Positions 46,968 through 59,786 of a stretch of 64,000 bases of DNA are shown here, piece after piece (within the stretch, counting starts at the first letter, position 1; every line of letters begins with the position of its first letter). A program made the translations under genes and the position numbers. The DNA comes from Hyaloraphidium curvatum SAG 235-1. Lineage: Eukaryota > Fungi > Monoblepharomycota. Below the pieces are notes generated by a model that was not told the DNA's origin, made no database searches, and saw only the letters and a program-made list of their open reading frames with translations. The DNA lies in NCBI GenBank assembly GCA_025558095.1, contig JAIVFI010000034.1, positions 186,001 to 250,000 on the forward strand. The letters run 5' to 3'.

Positions 46968-48219
46968 ATGGTCCGGCTCGCAGCACCGCGCAGGATCCGG
47001 GATCCTTCGAAGGAGCCCTTCGAGCAGATCCTGTACCATGTGGACCCGGAGGCACGCGTGGGGGTCATTACCCTGAACCGGCCGAAGTACCGCAACGCTT
47101 TCGGACGCATCATGACGCTCGAGGTTGATGAAGGTACGTCTTCGCGCGCCCTTGGCGGCGTTTCCTTCCTCATGTCTCTCTCGTGGACTTGCGCTCTTTG
47201 CCAATCGGCGGCCTACGGTGCTGCAGCGTTCACCGCGATGGCCAACGACGACCGGGTCCGCGTCATCGTGCTCACGGGGGCCGGGGACCACTTCTGCAGC
47301 GGACACGACCTCTCCACGCCGCAGGAGGTTGCGGACGAGGTCGTGACCGAGGTCAAGAAGGACGGCATGCGGGGTTGGTTCCCACCAAGGCCCACAGTTG
47401 GTCGCGATTCGATCCTGCCTCTTCAGGTTCCTACGAGCGCTGGTACTCGCTGGATCTGGAAATGTGCCTCAAGTGGCGATCGATCCGGAAACCCGTCATC
47501 TGCGCTGCAAAGGGGTGGACCATCTACCACGGAGCCGCCGTCATGAGCGTCGTGCGTTCGCGTCCGTTGCCGTCTGCCTGCCCAACTCACGGTGTCGTCG
47601 GCCCGCAGGCCGACATCGTCATCGCTGCGGACGACCTGCGCTACTTCCCGAGCCTGGTCGAGTTCACGTCGCTCCCCTGGGACCTGCACCTCAATGCCCG
47701 AAAGGCGAAGGAGATCTTCTTTTCCCAGCGCATCGTGCTTGCGGAGGAGGCGTTCCAGATCGGCCTCGTGAACAAGGTGCGGGACGTGCTGCTCCGTCGG
47801 GTGGCACTCCTGACGGTCCAACCTCGCTCAGGTCGTTCCGAAGGAGAGGCTCGACGAGGAAGCGTTCCACATGGCCAAGATCATCGCGCGCAGTGACCCC
47901 TTCCACCTCGCCATGATGAAACTCTCTGTCAACCAGGCGCTGGACACCGCTGGACTGGTGATCCTTCCGTTGCTCCTTGGGTGTGCTTCTGCTGACCATC
48001 TGTTGCCAGACCGTCGACGTGCGCAACAACCTGTCGCACTGGACCGCCTACCGCGCCTCCGCGGACGACCCCAGCTCGATCGCCGTTAAGGAGGGCGGGA
48101 AACGGTTCGCCCCGGTTCCCCAGGCCCTCGAGGACGACGTGCTGCAGAGGCTGAGCATGGAGGCTTCGATCGTGCCCAAGAACGCCAAAATCGACCTGCC
48201 GCCGAAGTCCAAGCTGTAG
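46968..48219 (+). CDS. Enoyl-CoA hydratase/isomerase (crotonase) family protein
   Basis: ITLNRPKYRNA, VRVIVLTGAGDHFCSGHDL, KPVICAAKGW, ADIVIAADD, AEEAFQIGLVNKV. C-terminal SKL. Confidence 0.92.
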
Positions 48220-48381
48220 TGCTCCCGAGGAAATGTGATTCGTTGACCTTCTTTGATGGACAAGTAGGAGCTAGAGCGATCGAAAGGTCTCCCTCTCCTT
48301 TCTCTTGGCGCCGGCGATTGGGGTGCGTCTCCATTTTCTCCACCCGCAACATTTGTCGCGTGCAACCGCAGCTCCATCGCG

Positions 48382-50277
48382 ATGAGCTCGGCCGCAGACG
48401 ACCGCTCGACGCGGGATGCCACTCCCGTCACGCCCGCCGAGGGCGACGCGCCGCCGAAGGGCGACGGGGAGGCCAAGCCGGCCATCCGGCGGAAGCGGAA
48501 GTGGGACCTCGACGACTCGGGCCGCGAGGTGCCGCCCGAGCCCAGCGCGGGTGCGGCAGCCGCGGACAGCGCGAAGGCGGACGGCGACTCGGCTGCCCGG
48601 TCGGAGCGCGACGACACGCCCTCGAAGGAGGCAAAGGGTGGGCTCACTGACCCGCGGACAGCTCTTCGCGTTCTAACCGCCAGTGCGGCAGACATGGCGG
48701 CCGAGGCCGCGGCAAAGATCAATCAGCTGCTGCAGGCCAAGGGCGCTCTGCCCGCCGGCGGCAGCTCGGGGATCGCCATCGAGCCCGCGTCCAAGCGGAT
48801 CAAGGAGGCCCCGTTCTCGACAGAGATCGACATCAACGACATCCGGAACCGCTATGTGCTCACCAAGGGCGAGACGCAGAGGATGCTCCATGACGAGACC
48901 GGCGCCGAGTGGGTCTTTGCCTTGCCGCGCCCCTCGAAGCTCGCCTAACGTGTTCTCCCAGCGTCTCGACGAGGGGCCGGTACTACCCTGACCGCAGGAT
49001 GGCCAACGACCGCGAACCCCCGCTGCACCTGCACATCCAGGCGCCGACGCAGGAGTCGCTGGACAAGGCGGTCGCGCGGGTGCGCGAGCTGATCGACAGC
49101 GGCATGACGGGCCGCGAGGCGAGCCCGCCTCTGTCTGGAGCCAACGCGATGGGCGCCAACCGCATGTCGATCCGCGACCGGGACCCGTGGCCCGAGGACA
49201 AGGTCTACATTGGGATCGACGACTCGGCCTTTGTCCCGCGGGCCAAGGTCGTCGGTCCGGGCGGGTCGTACGTCAAGCACATCCAGTCTCTCACGGGGAC
49301 GCGGGTCCAGGTCAAGGGCAGGGGCAGCAACTTCATCGAGACCTCGACGGGGAGGGAGGCTGACGACGAGCTCCACGTCCACATCGCGTAAGAATTGGCG
49401 TCTTTTCGTGTGAGCCTGCGGACTGACTTGGCGTTCTTGCAAGTGGTCCGTCGATTGCTCACGTCCTGCAAGCCAAAGGCCTCGTTGAAGACCTCGTTGC
49501 GACCGTGAAGGAGGAGTACGCCAAGTGGAAGGCGGAGCGGGCGCCCAGGCGGCCCGCCGCCCCCATGGCCGGCTACGGCGCATACCCCGGCATGCCCGGG
49601 TACGGAATGCCGGCCGCCGGCGCGGCGTACGGCATGCCCGGGTACGGCGCGGCCCAGGCGGTGCCGAGTGCGCCCGGCGTCCCCGGCGCGCCGGGAACGG
49701 GACAGGTGGGTTGAGAGATCCGGGAGGTTCATGGAGGGCAAAGGGAGGGACCTTCGGACCGCGTGAGGCTACTGATCGTGGATCTGGCCCCGTCAGCTCG
49801 AGGCGCAGGGTAAACGTGCGGGTCCGGGCCGTGTTTGACGCTGACCTCTTTCTTCCCCACCCCCGCACTTGCCTATCCCGCCGTGTTCGCCTCACATCCC
49901 CTTTTCTTCATCCAGCCGTCGGCTGCCGACCCTTACGCCGCGTACTACAACGATCCCGCCTACCAGCAGTACGCCGCGTACTACCAGCAGTACCAGCAGG
50001 TGCGTGGCATCGCTTCCCGCTATGTAGGCGAAGCTCACCGTCGATTTTTCAGTATTACGCCGCTCAAGGCTACCAGATGCCCAGCGCACCCGGCGTCCCC
50101 GGCGCTCCTGGTGTCCCTGGGGCGCCCGGCGTCCCCGGTGCTCCGGGTACCGCGCAACCTCCGCCGCCCCCTACCTCCGTTCCCGGCGCGTCTTCGACCC
50201 CTCCGCCCCCCGGTGGCGATCGGAGCCCCGGCGACTACTCCGCGGTCCCTCCGCCTCCCAACTACACCAGGCGCTAG
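48382..50277 (+). CDS. KH-domain RNA-binding protein, KHDC4/BLOM7/RIK-like
   Basis: RKRKWD, EIDINDIRNRYVLTKGETQ, VSTRGRYYPD, PLHLHI, KVVGPGGSYVKHIQ..TG.RVQVKGRGSNFIE. Tyr/Pro/Gly-rich tail. Confidence 0.88.
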
Positions 50278-50662
50278 ATGTCGTTGCTTCGGAATGACCA
50301 CCTATGTCGGATGTCTGCAGTAGAGCCTTTTTCGGGATGCCTGCTCGTGGAATCCTGGCCCGTGACAAGCAGGCGTGAGGTCCGATCTTGCTGAATCCAC
50401 GCCTCCGGTACTGAAGCTCAAATTCGACCGAAGAAGCTCTTGCCATTGTGGTCGTCTTGATGCGCATGCAATGGAACCCCTGACTGGAGCTGATCGTTGC
50501 TCGGACGGCCATGTCCGATCCGGCCAGCAGCACCGCCTCATCCCTCCCTCAGCGTCGGGCCTTCTCCGGTCTCCGCCGGGAGCGAATCGCTCTCCGTTTC
50601 CACGCGATTGGGATTAATTTGGAAATCTCGGGCTCCTCCGGCCCTCGGCGCCAGTTCTCGGC

Positions 50663-53600
50663 ATGCAGAACGGCGGGGAGATGCCGAACGATGGCGGCAC
50701 GAGGAGGAGGACACCAACGATGCCGCCGCCGCCGGACCTGCTGGAGCTGAAGGTCACGGGGGAAGTCGCGACAACGGCACAACTTGCGGCGACCCACGAC
50801 GCCTTCGCCGGCCTGCGGGCGGGAACCGGAAACGCGGCCGCACCGTTGCCGACGGCGACTTCAATCGCCACAGACGATGCCGCGGGCAAAGGGCCCAAAG
50901 ACGGCCCCTTGAACCAGATTGTTTCCTTCAACTTCTTCACGAACCTCGCCTTCGTCGTCTTGCGCCGCCTCTGGCACTCCTACATTCTCATCACGTCCGC
51001 GGTAACCGTCTTGACCGTGGCCGTGTCGCTCCAGGTCAACGTGTTCTTCGAGTTTTTCTCGGGTTCCTTCACGAACTACGCGCTCCTGGCCTTGGATATC
51101 TGCTTGGCGCTTGTCGGCGCCGCCTTCCTCGCGCTGTGGGCCACGATTGTGACCGATTTGTTGAGAAGCGCGTGGAGCGGCGCCGACTACCTGCACGTTA
51201 GGAAGCTCCTCTTCTCGGCTTCGTGGGCGCCGAGGGACTTGGCCATCTTCTGGGATGCCTTCGTCCAGTTCCTTGTGATTGCGGGCCTGGATCTCCTCCC
51301 GATTGCCATGGCGCTTTATCAGGGCTATCTCAGCGGTTTCCAGGGCGTCCTTGCCGGTTTCTTTGCGACGGGCACATTGGCAGCGCTGGCGTTCAGCGCT
51401 GCCGTTTTCCTTTTGGAGATTATCAACGCCGCCATCGAGCTTGGCGCGGACCTTGTCTTCTTTTGCCATCGAAAGAAGGGCAGCACGGAGAAGCGGACCG
51501 TCGGCGTCTATTCGCTGCGTGCGAGGGCCGAGCAAGCCGGGTTTCAGATCCGTGGGTCGCACTGTGGTCTGTCGCACTCGCGCCTGCGCTCACTCCCGTT
51601 CTTCAGAGCGAGCGGTCGCGACCATGGCGACATCACCCTCCACAGAGTATTGGCTGTGCCACGCCTTGCTCACTCGCTTCGTGGGCTCGCGGAGCGCCCT
51701 CACGATCTGCGGATTGCTTGGCGTTGCGTCAATCGTCATGTGCAGCATCGCGACGGCGAGGAGCCCCAGCACGACCTGGGCTTGGATCGCCGAAGGAGTT
51801 TTCCTCGGGCTGATCCTCTTCTCGTGGCTCTACGGAAGGATTTGGTCGGGGGCCGCGCGGATTGTGGAGCTCAAGACGCGGGCGGCGCTCGCGGCCAATC
51901 TCCCGGATCCCGAGGAGGAGATCAGCCGCGTCGCCGCTGCGAGGGCGTCGACGAGGGTTTCGATGAGCAACGAAGTCGAAGCCCCCAAGCTCGAGATCAC
52001 GGGCGAAGCAGGTGGTGCACCAACCGAGGGGCCAACAGTGGTCCTGACGGTCGACACATCGGCAACACGCGAACGGCCTCCTTCCGTCATGACCGGACTC
52101 AACATTGAGAAGGCTCCCGTCCCGGAAACCCTTAAGCGGGACCCGCTCGTCAACGCGGATGCCTACGAGGCCCTTGCGGACCCGATCTCCCTCTGGTATG
52201 CGCAACACGTGGAACCCAATTTCCAGCCCGAGTGGTACGACATCGACGTGTTTTCGCCCTGGTCCTCGACCTGGAACGCGGTCCTCATCATATGGCTCGT
52301 GGTGGTCATAATCACAACCATGATTTGGACGACCTACCTCATGGCGAGGATCCAATGGTTCACAGTCGTGCTCAACATCTACTTGACGCTGCCATTCTTG
52401 ATTCTCGTCGGTCTCTATCTCTTCTTCATGCGACCTGGCTCTGAGGCGAAGCGTGTCATGGAGGAGGCCGCAGCTGAGGTCGGCAGTGCGGACCCGCCGA
52501 AGACCGAGCACGATCTTCCAAAGAACTTCATTCGGGTGCTCAGGGTGGGTGTTGGCGCCTAGGCGACGGATGATTGTGCTTTGCGTGAACCACGTGGCCG
52601 CTTCAGATCGTCAGTCTCTCGCTCTACATCATCATTCCCGCGATTCTTGTTTTAGTTCTCCTGATTTGGTACTTGGCAACGCAGAGCTCCAACGCCGCGG
52701 CCACGATTGGTTTTGCAATACTCTGTAAGAAGCACGCAGTATTGCTCTCACGTGAAGCTTACTCTGCCTCAGACTTTGCTATCGCTGCTGGAGTCATTCT
52801 CGCCTTCCGCTTCCTTGCACGCGGATTCCCCATCCGAGCCTTCCTCGCCGCCTACGGCTTCCTCCTCTTTATCTTCCTCTTCATCTTTGCCACCGCGACA
52901 ACCTACTCGGATGATTCCCAGCCCAACTGGACCGTGTCTGCCGAACCCGCGGCCCCAATCCCTCAGAGCGAGGAGCCCCTTCCCTACTGCGGTGAGCCGC
53001 CGCTGGTGCCGGTCCGCTCGTGCATGTACTGACTCCCCACGCGCCGCAGACCTGCAGCTATACAATCTTTCTATCGTCGACGTCTCGTTCTTCGCCAACC
53101 TCGCCTATGCGGGCCCGAGTTCAGTCGAAAGCGACTTGACACGGTGGTTTGGCCCGGGCTGGACGGTCGCGGAAAGCTACACGGACGACCCCCTCCTCTG
53201 GTACTACGAGTTCAGATTGACCGGGACCAACCTCTCGATCGTCGCCGTGCGGGGCACTCAGACTAGCGTGGACTGGCTCACCAATGCTCAGCTCTGGAGC
53301 CAGGTCGCGATGTTCCAGATCGCCGACTGTGGGTTCTTTCGCTCTGCTCGGCGTCTGAGGTCGTGCTGACCTCCCTCCTGCGCCAGTCTTTGTTCCAATG
53401 CTCCGCATCTGGCCCGACTCGTGGGCCCAAAACATGATCTATATCACGTCGGGCGCCATCTTGAAGGGCGAGGACTCGAACCTCAACTACCTCGTCCTGC
53501 TCCGGCACGTGGAGGCCATCAAGGCCGAGGGGCGCAGCGTGCTCATCACGGGCCACTCGCTGGGCGCGGGCCTGGCCAACATCGTCGGCACCCGCACGGG

Positions 53601-53901
53601 CTCGCGCAGCGTGACGCTTTCCCCGCCGGGCATCTTCTACTCCAAGAAGAAGTTCAACATCGGCCCGGAGCTGGACCGCAGCCTGATCACCGTGATCGTG
53701 CGCAACGACTGGGTCTCGATGGTGGACAAACCCGCGGGGTCGGTGCTCTTTATCCCGTGCGACCTGTTCCCGATCTCCTGCCACTCGATCACGAGGGTGA
53801 CGACCATCTTCCAGCGGTCGTGCGGGGATCCCGCTGGCCGGATGTTCTCGGCGGAGTGGAACTCGGACGGATCCACGGCCACGGGGCCGGTGCAGGGGTA
53901 G
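50663..53901 (+). CDS. Polytopic membrane protein with C-terminal class-3 lipase domain
   Basis: Many hydrophobic helices across 50900-52900, then IVAVRGT..DW, LITGHSLGAGLA, SPPG, NDWVS and CHSI. Confidence 0.8.
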
Positions 53902-53941
53902 CGGACGTGTAGGGCGCTCCGCTGACAAGATTGTCCTTCAT

Positions 53942-54631
53942 TCACTGCTTCCCGCCCGATACAAAGTTGGCGAAACCCGGCAGCTTGCCCTCGATCGCGA
54001 ACGCAGTTGCCAACAATGCCATGCTCCCGACGCCGTGCTGCACGATGCCGTGCTCGAGGTGGAACTTCCAGTCCATGGTTGACAGAGTAGGCTGCGCCAG
54101 GAACATGCCCGCGCCGGCGGTGATGAAGGCGAGCCAGGCGGACCGCGCCTTGAGCTGCAGCGACACGGCGTAGTACGCCGCGATGGTGGGGATCCGTCCG
54201 ATGAGGCGCTCCGTGTTCACGCTGACGTAGATGTTGGGGAAGTAGGGCGAAGTGTGCTGCACGGGAGGAAGAGGACGGGAGGCACGTCAGACGCCGTCAT
54301 CGACAGAAAGGAAGCAACCAAGGACGTCCGTGTTCCGGGACGTACCTCCAAGAAGCCGACAATGAGGCCACCGATGCCGGCAACTTTGCTCCAGGTGCTG
54401 GGCGCCTGCGGGACCACAGGTTATTGGCCTCCGGTCGCGCCAACCGACGCACGGACCAAGACCCACCGCCCGGTTCATTGCGTAGATCATTACGGAGTTG
54501 GTAGCGAAGTACCACGCCGTGGCGAGGTGGAACCACCGGGGCAGTAGGGACCAGTCCGAGGGCGAGAAGAGGCCGGGTCCTTTCGCCGGCGGGAGCTCCG
54601 CGAGTTCGGGTTTGGGCTTGGAGAGTGCCAT
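53942..54631 (-). CDS. Small multi-pass membrane protein of unknown function (3 exons)
   Basis: MALSKPKP.. exons joined by two short introns, with several hydrophobic segments. Ends ..SGGKQ*. Confidence 0.6.
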
Positions 54632-55536
54632 GGCGGGAGCGGAACGAGCGGCAGTCGTTCGGTGGCGCCGAACGGGAGACGTTGGCGTGGCGTCGGGCCG
54701 ACGGTCACTCGGTCGGGCGGCTGCCCGGGCGGCTTCGCAGCCCGCTACCCGCAAGGGCGCAGATGCGCGGGCGGTAACGGCTTGCTTGCCGGCAAATGTA
54801 CTCGTCCCGCGAGCCTCGGTCCCTGGTTGACCCCGTGTGAGCGCAGCTCGAGCACAGTCCCGATTTCCTCCCTCCATCCACCGGCACATCACTCCAGTCA
54901 GCAGCGGTAGCGGCGACGGTGCCCGGCGGGCGGGTGGCACAAGTCCAGGAGCTGGTGTGTGCGCAACTCCTGCCCCCCGCTTGGAGATGTCCGGGAGCTT
55001 CTTCCGCGTCACACGCCACGTACGGCCTCCCGCTGATATGCCGCAGGGCGTCGGGCGTGTGCGCAGGCAGCGTCCCTGGCCGTCGATCGTCTGGATTGCC
55101 TTGTCGGTGGGAGCTTCCTTCGGCCAGGGCCGCGGCGACTCCTAAGGGACCTGGTGGGCCGTCCGGTGGTAAGTTTCTTCGACGCTTTGCCAGCTCATTT
55201 CGGTGGCCGGTTTGCTGGAGCTTGGTCCCGTCCCGAGGAGGTTGGTTTGCGTTGCTTCCGATGGGTGACACGATAGATGGGTGACATACAGTGTGAGGTG
55301 CGTTTTGAGACACGCGCGGCCCCGCCTCCACCGAGATAGCAGCTCTACAGAGCTGTTTACGTGTTCTAGTTCACTTCGAGTTCTTCCCGCGACGCATTCC
55401 ATCGGACCGGGTTTACTCGCCCGAGCATGTGCCGGCACAGCCCGACCCGGCCGCGTCGAGTCATCCCAGACCCACCCTCCGAACGACTCACACCAACTTC
55501 CGCAAACTCAATCCGGAATCCGAGAAGACGACCGCC

Positions 55537-56238
55537 ATGCCTCCGTACCCGCCGCTCGAGACCACCGTGCAGTGCCTGTGCGGCAAGGTCCGCCTCGGCG
55601 TCAAGGTCCTCCTCGCTTTGCCCGTCTCGGGACGACGCTGACCCTCGCAGAGCGCCTCGTCCATGCGCCTCGTGTGCTTCTGCAAGGACTGCCGCGGCTA
55701 CTACGAGCACCGCCGCGAGGGGAACCCGTCGCTCCCGGAGCTCGAGGCCGGCGGAGGGGTCGACTACACGCAGGTTCCGCGGCCGCACCCCGCCCCCGCA
55801 TTCCTCCGCCGCTCACCGCCTTCCTCCTGCGGCAGGTCGGCCCCGGCGACATCACCGTCCTCTCCGGGCAGGAGCACCTCCGCGCCGCCCGCCTGCGCGG
55901 CCCCAAGGGGCAGCCCCGCGTCTGGGCGGCGTGCTGCGGGACGCCGCTCTACTCGGCCGGAATGTCCGCGATGCTCTACACCTTCCTCGTTCCCGAACAC
56001 AAGAGGGGGCCCGTGGACTTCAAGATCATCGGGCGGGACGCCACCGGTCCGGTGGGCGAGGACGTGTCGAAGGGCGTGCCGTGGACCTGTGCGTGGTCGT
56101 TCCGCGGCCCCATGATCCTCGCTGACCCAAGACCACCCGGCAGGGCCGTTCTCCATGATTGGCAGGCTCTGGGGGGAGAAGAAGACGCCGGTGCCGTTCG
56201 ATGCGCAGACCGCCGAGCCGGAAATCGTCAAGCTGTGA
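55537..56238 (+). CDS. Mss4-like/GFA zinc-binding protein (DUF6151-like)
   Basis: QCLCGKV, LVCFCKDCR, GGVDYTQ, RVWAACCGTPL. Three short introns. Confidence 0.8.
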
Positions 56239-56375
56239 ACGGCGTCGACTCCCTCAACTTTGATCCCGGCATCCCCATCTTGGTCTTGACTGATTCTTCC
56301 ATTTCGACATAGCACTGGATTTAACGCCGCATCGAAATACACACCGTACCTGGATTACACCCTCGCGGTCCATTC

Positions 56376-57693
56376 TTAGCCCGCGGTCGGGGGCTCGTTC
56401 TGCGGAGGCGGCGGAGGGTTGGGCAGCGGCAGCCTGCTGTCCACGTCCGTCCTCAATCCATGTCCGCCGGGGCTCCCCGGCGACGGCACAGAAAGCTGCG
56501 ACGGCGGCTCGACAGCCTCTTCGGGCTCCACGTCGGCGGCGCGCTTGGGCGAGTTCGCCACGCACATGCCGTTGGAAGCGCAGCGGGTCCCTTCTTTGCA
56601 GTACTTCTTGGAGCCCCCGCAGGGGGCATGGCACTTGCCGTCCTGCCCGCAGACGGCCGCCCCCACGCAGTACGAAGCCCCGCAGGGCGCGTGGCACTTC
56701 CCGTCGGACCCGCACACGGCACCGTTGATGCACACCGAGCCGCCGCACACGGGGTGGCAGCTCCCGCCGCGGCACGCGTACCCGTTGGGGCAGTACCTGT
56801 TCCCCGCGCCGCAGGCCCAGTGGCACGCCATGTCGGCCCCGCACACGGCGCCGTCGGCGCACCAGAAGCCCGATCCCGGGGGGCACTCCGGGTGGCACTT
56901 GTTGTCGGTGCCGCACACGAAGCCCCGCTTGCAGTAATGGTCGTTGTCGATGCATTTCGGGTAGCAGAGCCGGTTTTCGCCGCAGATCCGCCCAAAGGCG
57001 CAGTAGCTCCCGTACCCGCACTCGGGATGGCACTTGTTGTCGGTGCCGCAGACGAACCCGTCCTTGCAGTAGTGATCCGAGTCCACGCACGCGGGCCTGC
57101 ATTTGTTGTTCTCGTCGCAAACCTGCCCGTCGTCGCAGTACGTCCGCCCGTTGGGGCAGGCCCGGCGGCACCTGTTGTCGCTCCCGCAGATGTCCCTGCC
57201 GTCGGCGCAGTAGTGCACCTTGTCGGGGCACGGCTCGTGGCACCGCCCGTCGGAACCGCAGATGCCGCGGACGCAGTAGGTCTTGGAGCCTGCCGGGCAG
57301 GGCTGCACGCACGTGTCCGTGTTGACGTTGTCGTTCTCGTTGGGGCACAGCTGGTCGTGCCGGCAAGCAAAGGTCCACGCCATGCGGCAGCAGATGGTTC
57401 CGCGTTCCTGGGCGGGGACGGCGGGTCAGGGGCCGCTGCTTCCTCAGGGCCGCATGCGAACGCACGTAGCAGTTCAACCCGCACTTCACCCCGCCCCCGA
57501 CGCAGTCCCGCTCCCCGTAACCCCCCAGTTCGGACGGCGCGCCGGACTGGAGCATTAGGTACCCGAGCGAGGCGTTGGTCGGCGCGGCCGCCGGTCCCAT
57601 GTAGCCCAGCGCCAGGCCCAGCGACAGGTTCGCCACGACGGCGGCGCGCACGGCGCCGGCAAAGGAGCGCACGGCGAGCGCCGGGAGCGCCAT
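56376..57693 (-). CDS. Secreted or anchored Cys-rich tandem-repeat protein
   Basis: Hydrophobic N-terminus, one intron near 57407-57464, then 11 four-Cys repeats, a KR site and a Pro/acidic tail. Confidence 0.75.
56560..57312 (-). repeat. 11 tandem ~21-24 aa Cys repeats: C-x3-C-x4-7-C-x4-6-C(G)-x3-4
   Basis: Examples: CRPACVDSDHYCKDGFVCGTDNK, CYPKCIDNDHYCKRGFVCGTDNK, CHAPCGASYCVGAAVCGQDGK. Confidence 0.9.
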
Positions 57694-58103
57694 GGGGGGC
57701 GCCCGGCCGGTCTCGTTCCGTGTTTGTTTGGTCGTCCGCCCGTGTTTGTCCCTTCCGTGACTGACTGACTTCCCGGATGACGGGCTTTGCGGGGCCGAGT
57801 CCTGGCTTCCAGGGTGCTAAAGACAGTACTCTACGGAGTTCTGATTCGGATTCTAAGGCGTTCCATGCATGACGAATTGTCGGCATGCGTCTGATCCGAA
57901 GCTTCGAAGCAGCCCCACGGTTTCAAAGCACGGCATGCGTGGTCCATAATGTTCGATTTGAAGATTCGAATAAAGCTAGTACATGGTACACGGTGAAGCT
58001 ACATGAAATCTCGCAAGGTAGGAAACCAGACCACGTCCGCCGCATCGCCGCCGTCCAACGAGCCACCCATCGTGCGCCAATTCCCCCCCTCCCGCCGCCA
58101 CCC

Positions 58104-59399
58104 TCACGCATCCCCCCACTTGCCCCCCGCCAGCCCGAACGGCACCACCGGCTTCCTCTTGGGGCTCCCGCCCGCCCCCTTGCCGTCGACGTAGGTCCTC
58201 GGCTGCCTCCGCATCGGCGTGTCCGGGCCGTCGTCGGGGAGCTCGGGGCCGCGGGGGAGGTCGTCCTCGGGCAGGGCGATGGGGGCCAGGGAGAAGGACG
58301 GCGCGGAGGGGAGCGGGCGCGCGGGGGAGGTGGGAGCGGGGGAGGTGGTGGAGGGGAGGGCGCTGGGCGGGGTGCGGAGGAGCCGACTGCGGAGGGGCAC
58401 GAGCAGCTGCGACGGGAAGGCGTTGGTCTACGTCCTTCCTGCGGCACGTGCATGGTCGGCCCACCTCGGAAAGAACCCACCGCCTCCCGCCGCGGAGGAG
58501 GAAGAGCACCAGCGCGAGCTTGGCGAACTGGTACCACGTGGGCCCTCCGGGGCGCTTGGCCGGCGGCGCGGCGCCGACGGCGATGGGGTCGTAGGCGTAG
58601 TCGGCGCCGCGGGCGAGCGACAGCAGCGCGAGCATGGCGAGCACCGGCTTCTCGTCCGCGGGCTTGGCGGGGGCGGCGCCGAGGGCCAGGCGCAGGGCCA
58701 GGTACGCGGGCGGGGCGATGTACAGCGCGTCGAGCACCTGGCGGGGGTGGCGGGTCCAGATCTGGCGTCAAAGTGTTAGCGACAGTGGTTGATGAGGTGG
58801 CAGCAGAGCAGGGTTACCTTGTTGGCGGCGTAGGAGGCGGCCGCACCGGCCAGGGTCAGCACCGCGGCGTGGGCGTGCTTCTTGGGCACGCCGGCCTTTG
58901 CCAGCAAGTCGAACGCGGGGGCGGCGCGGACCAGCGCGGCCTCCGCGGCGGCCAGCTTCTCGAGGGCGGCTGCGCCGACGCGCGCGGCGGCGTTCCCGAG
59001 CGGGCCGTCCGAGCGCGGGGCGGCCAGCAGCGCGTGCAGCGCGGCGGCGAGCGGGAGCACCGCGGCGTCGGGCGCGGCGGGCAGCGCGGGCGGGTCGACG
59101 GCCGGCAGGGCGGGCAGCGCGGGCAGCCTCGCGGGCAGCTGCGACAGCGCGGCCTGCGCCGCCCCCTTCAGCGCCGCGGCGTCCCTCGGCAGCTTCTCGG
59201 CCACCTGCTGCACCGCGGCGCGCGCGCGGACCCCCGCGGCGGACAGCACCCGCGCGACCGCCGCGGCAGGCGACTCCTGCGCGGAGGCCTGCCCGGCGCC
59301 CTCCCCCGCGGCGCCCTCATCCCTCCTCTCGGCCTCGGCCTCCGCCACGCCGTCCGTCGGCGCGTCGACAAACGCCTCGGGCAGCTCCCCCGTGCTCAT
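58104..59399 (-). CDS. Divergent TB2/DP1/HVA22 (REEP/Yop1)-like membrane protein with Ala-rich N-terminus
   Basis: Spliced core LYIAPPAYLALRLAL..WYQFAKLALVLFLLRGGRRWVLSE|LLVPL resembles the REEP pattern YPAY.S.KA..YY..K..F..WL..GA..IY...P. Two introns. Confidence 0.5.
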
Positions 59400-59786
59400 T
59401 TCTCGGAGGATGCGGGGCCCGGAGGTCGAGGTCCCGCGCAAACTGTGCGCAAAGGGTCACGCGACCGGTCGGCCCCGGCCTAAAGCGGGCTCGCCGTGCG
59501 CCGCGCGATAAGTGCGCTCGTCTGAGCGCTGGACGGGCGCGGAAAGAGGAGCCGCAGGAAACGGCGAAGGGGAGGAAGCGGAGCCTGAATTCGGGGCCGA
59601 GTAGAAGTTTGGACATGTGAAAATGCAACCTCGAATCTCTTTCCTCGCACACGTCCAGCGGGGCCTGTCCACCGCCCAGACATGTAAAAAAGACACCTCT
59701 CGGCATCCAATCTGCCATCCTCTGCCCCGATCGGCCGACGATCCGCCCCGACCGACCCTCCCGCAACCCGCACGCCCCTCCGCGCC

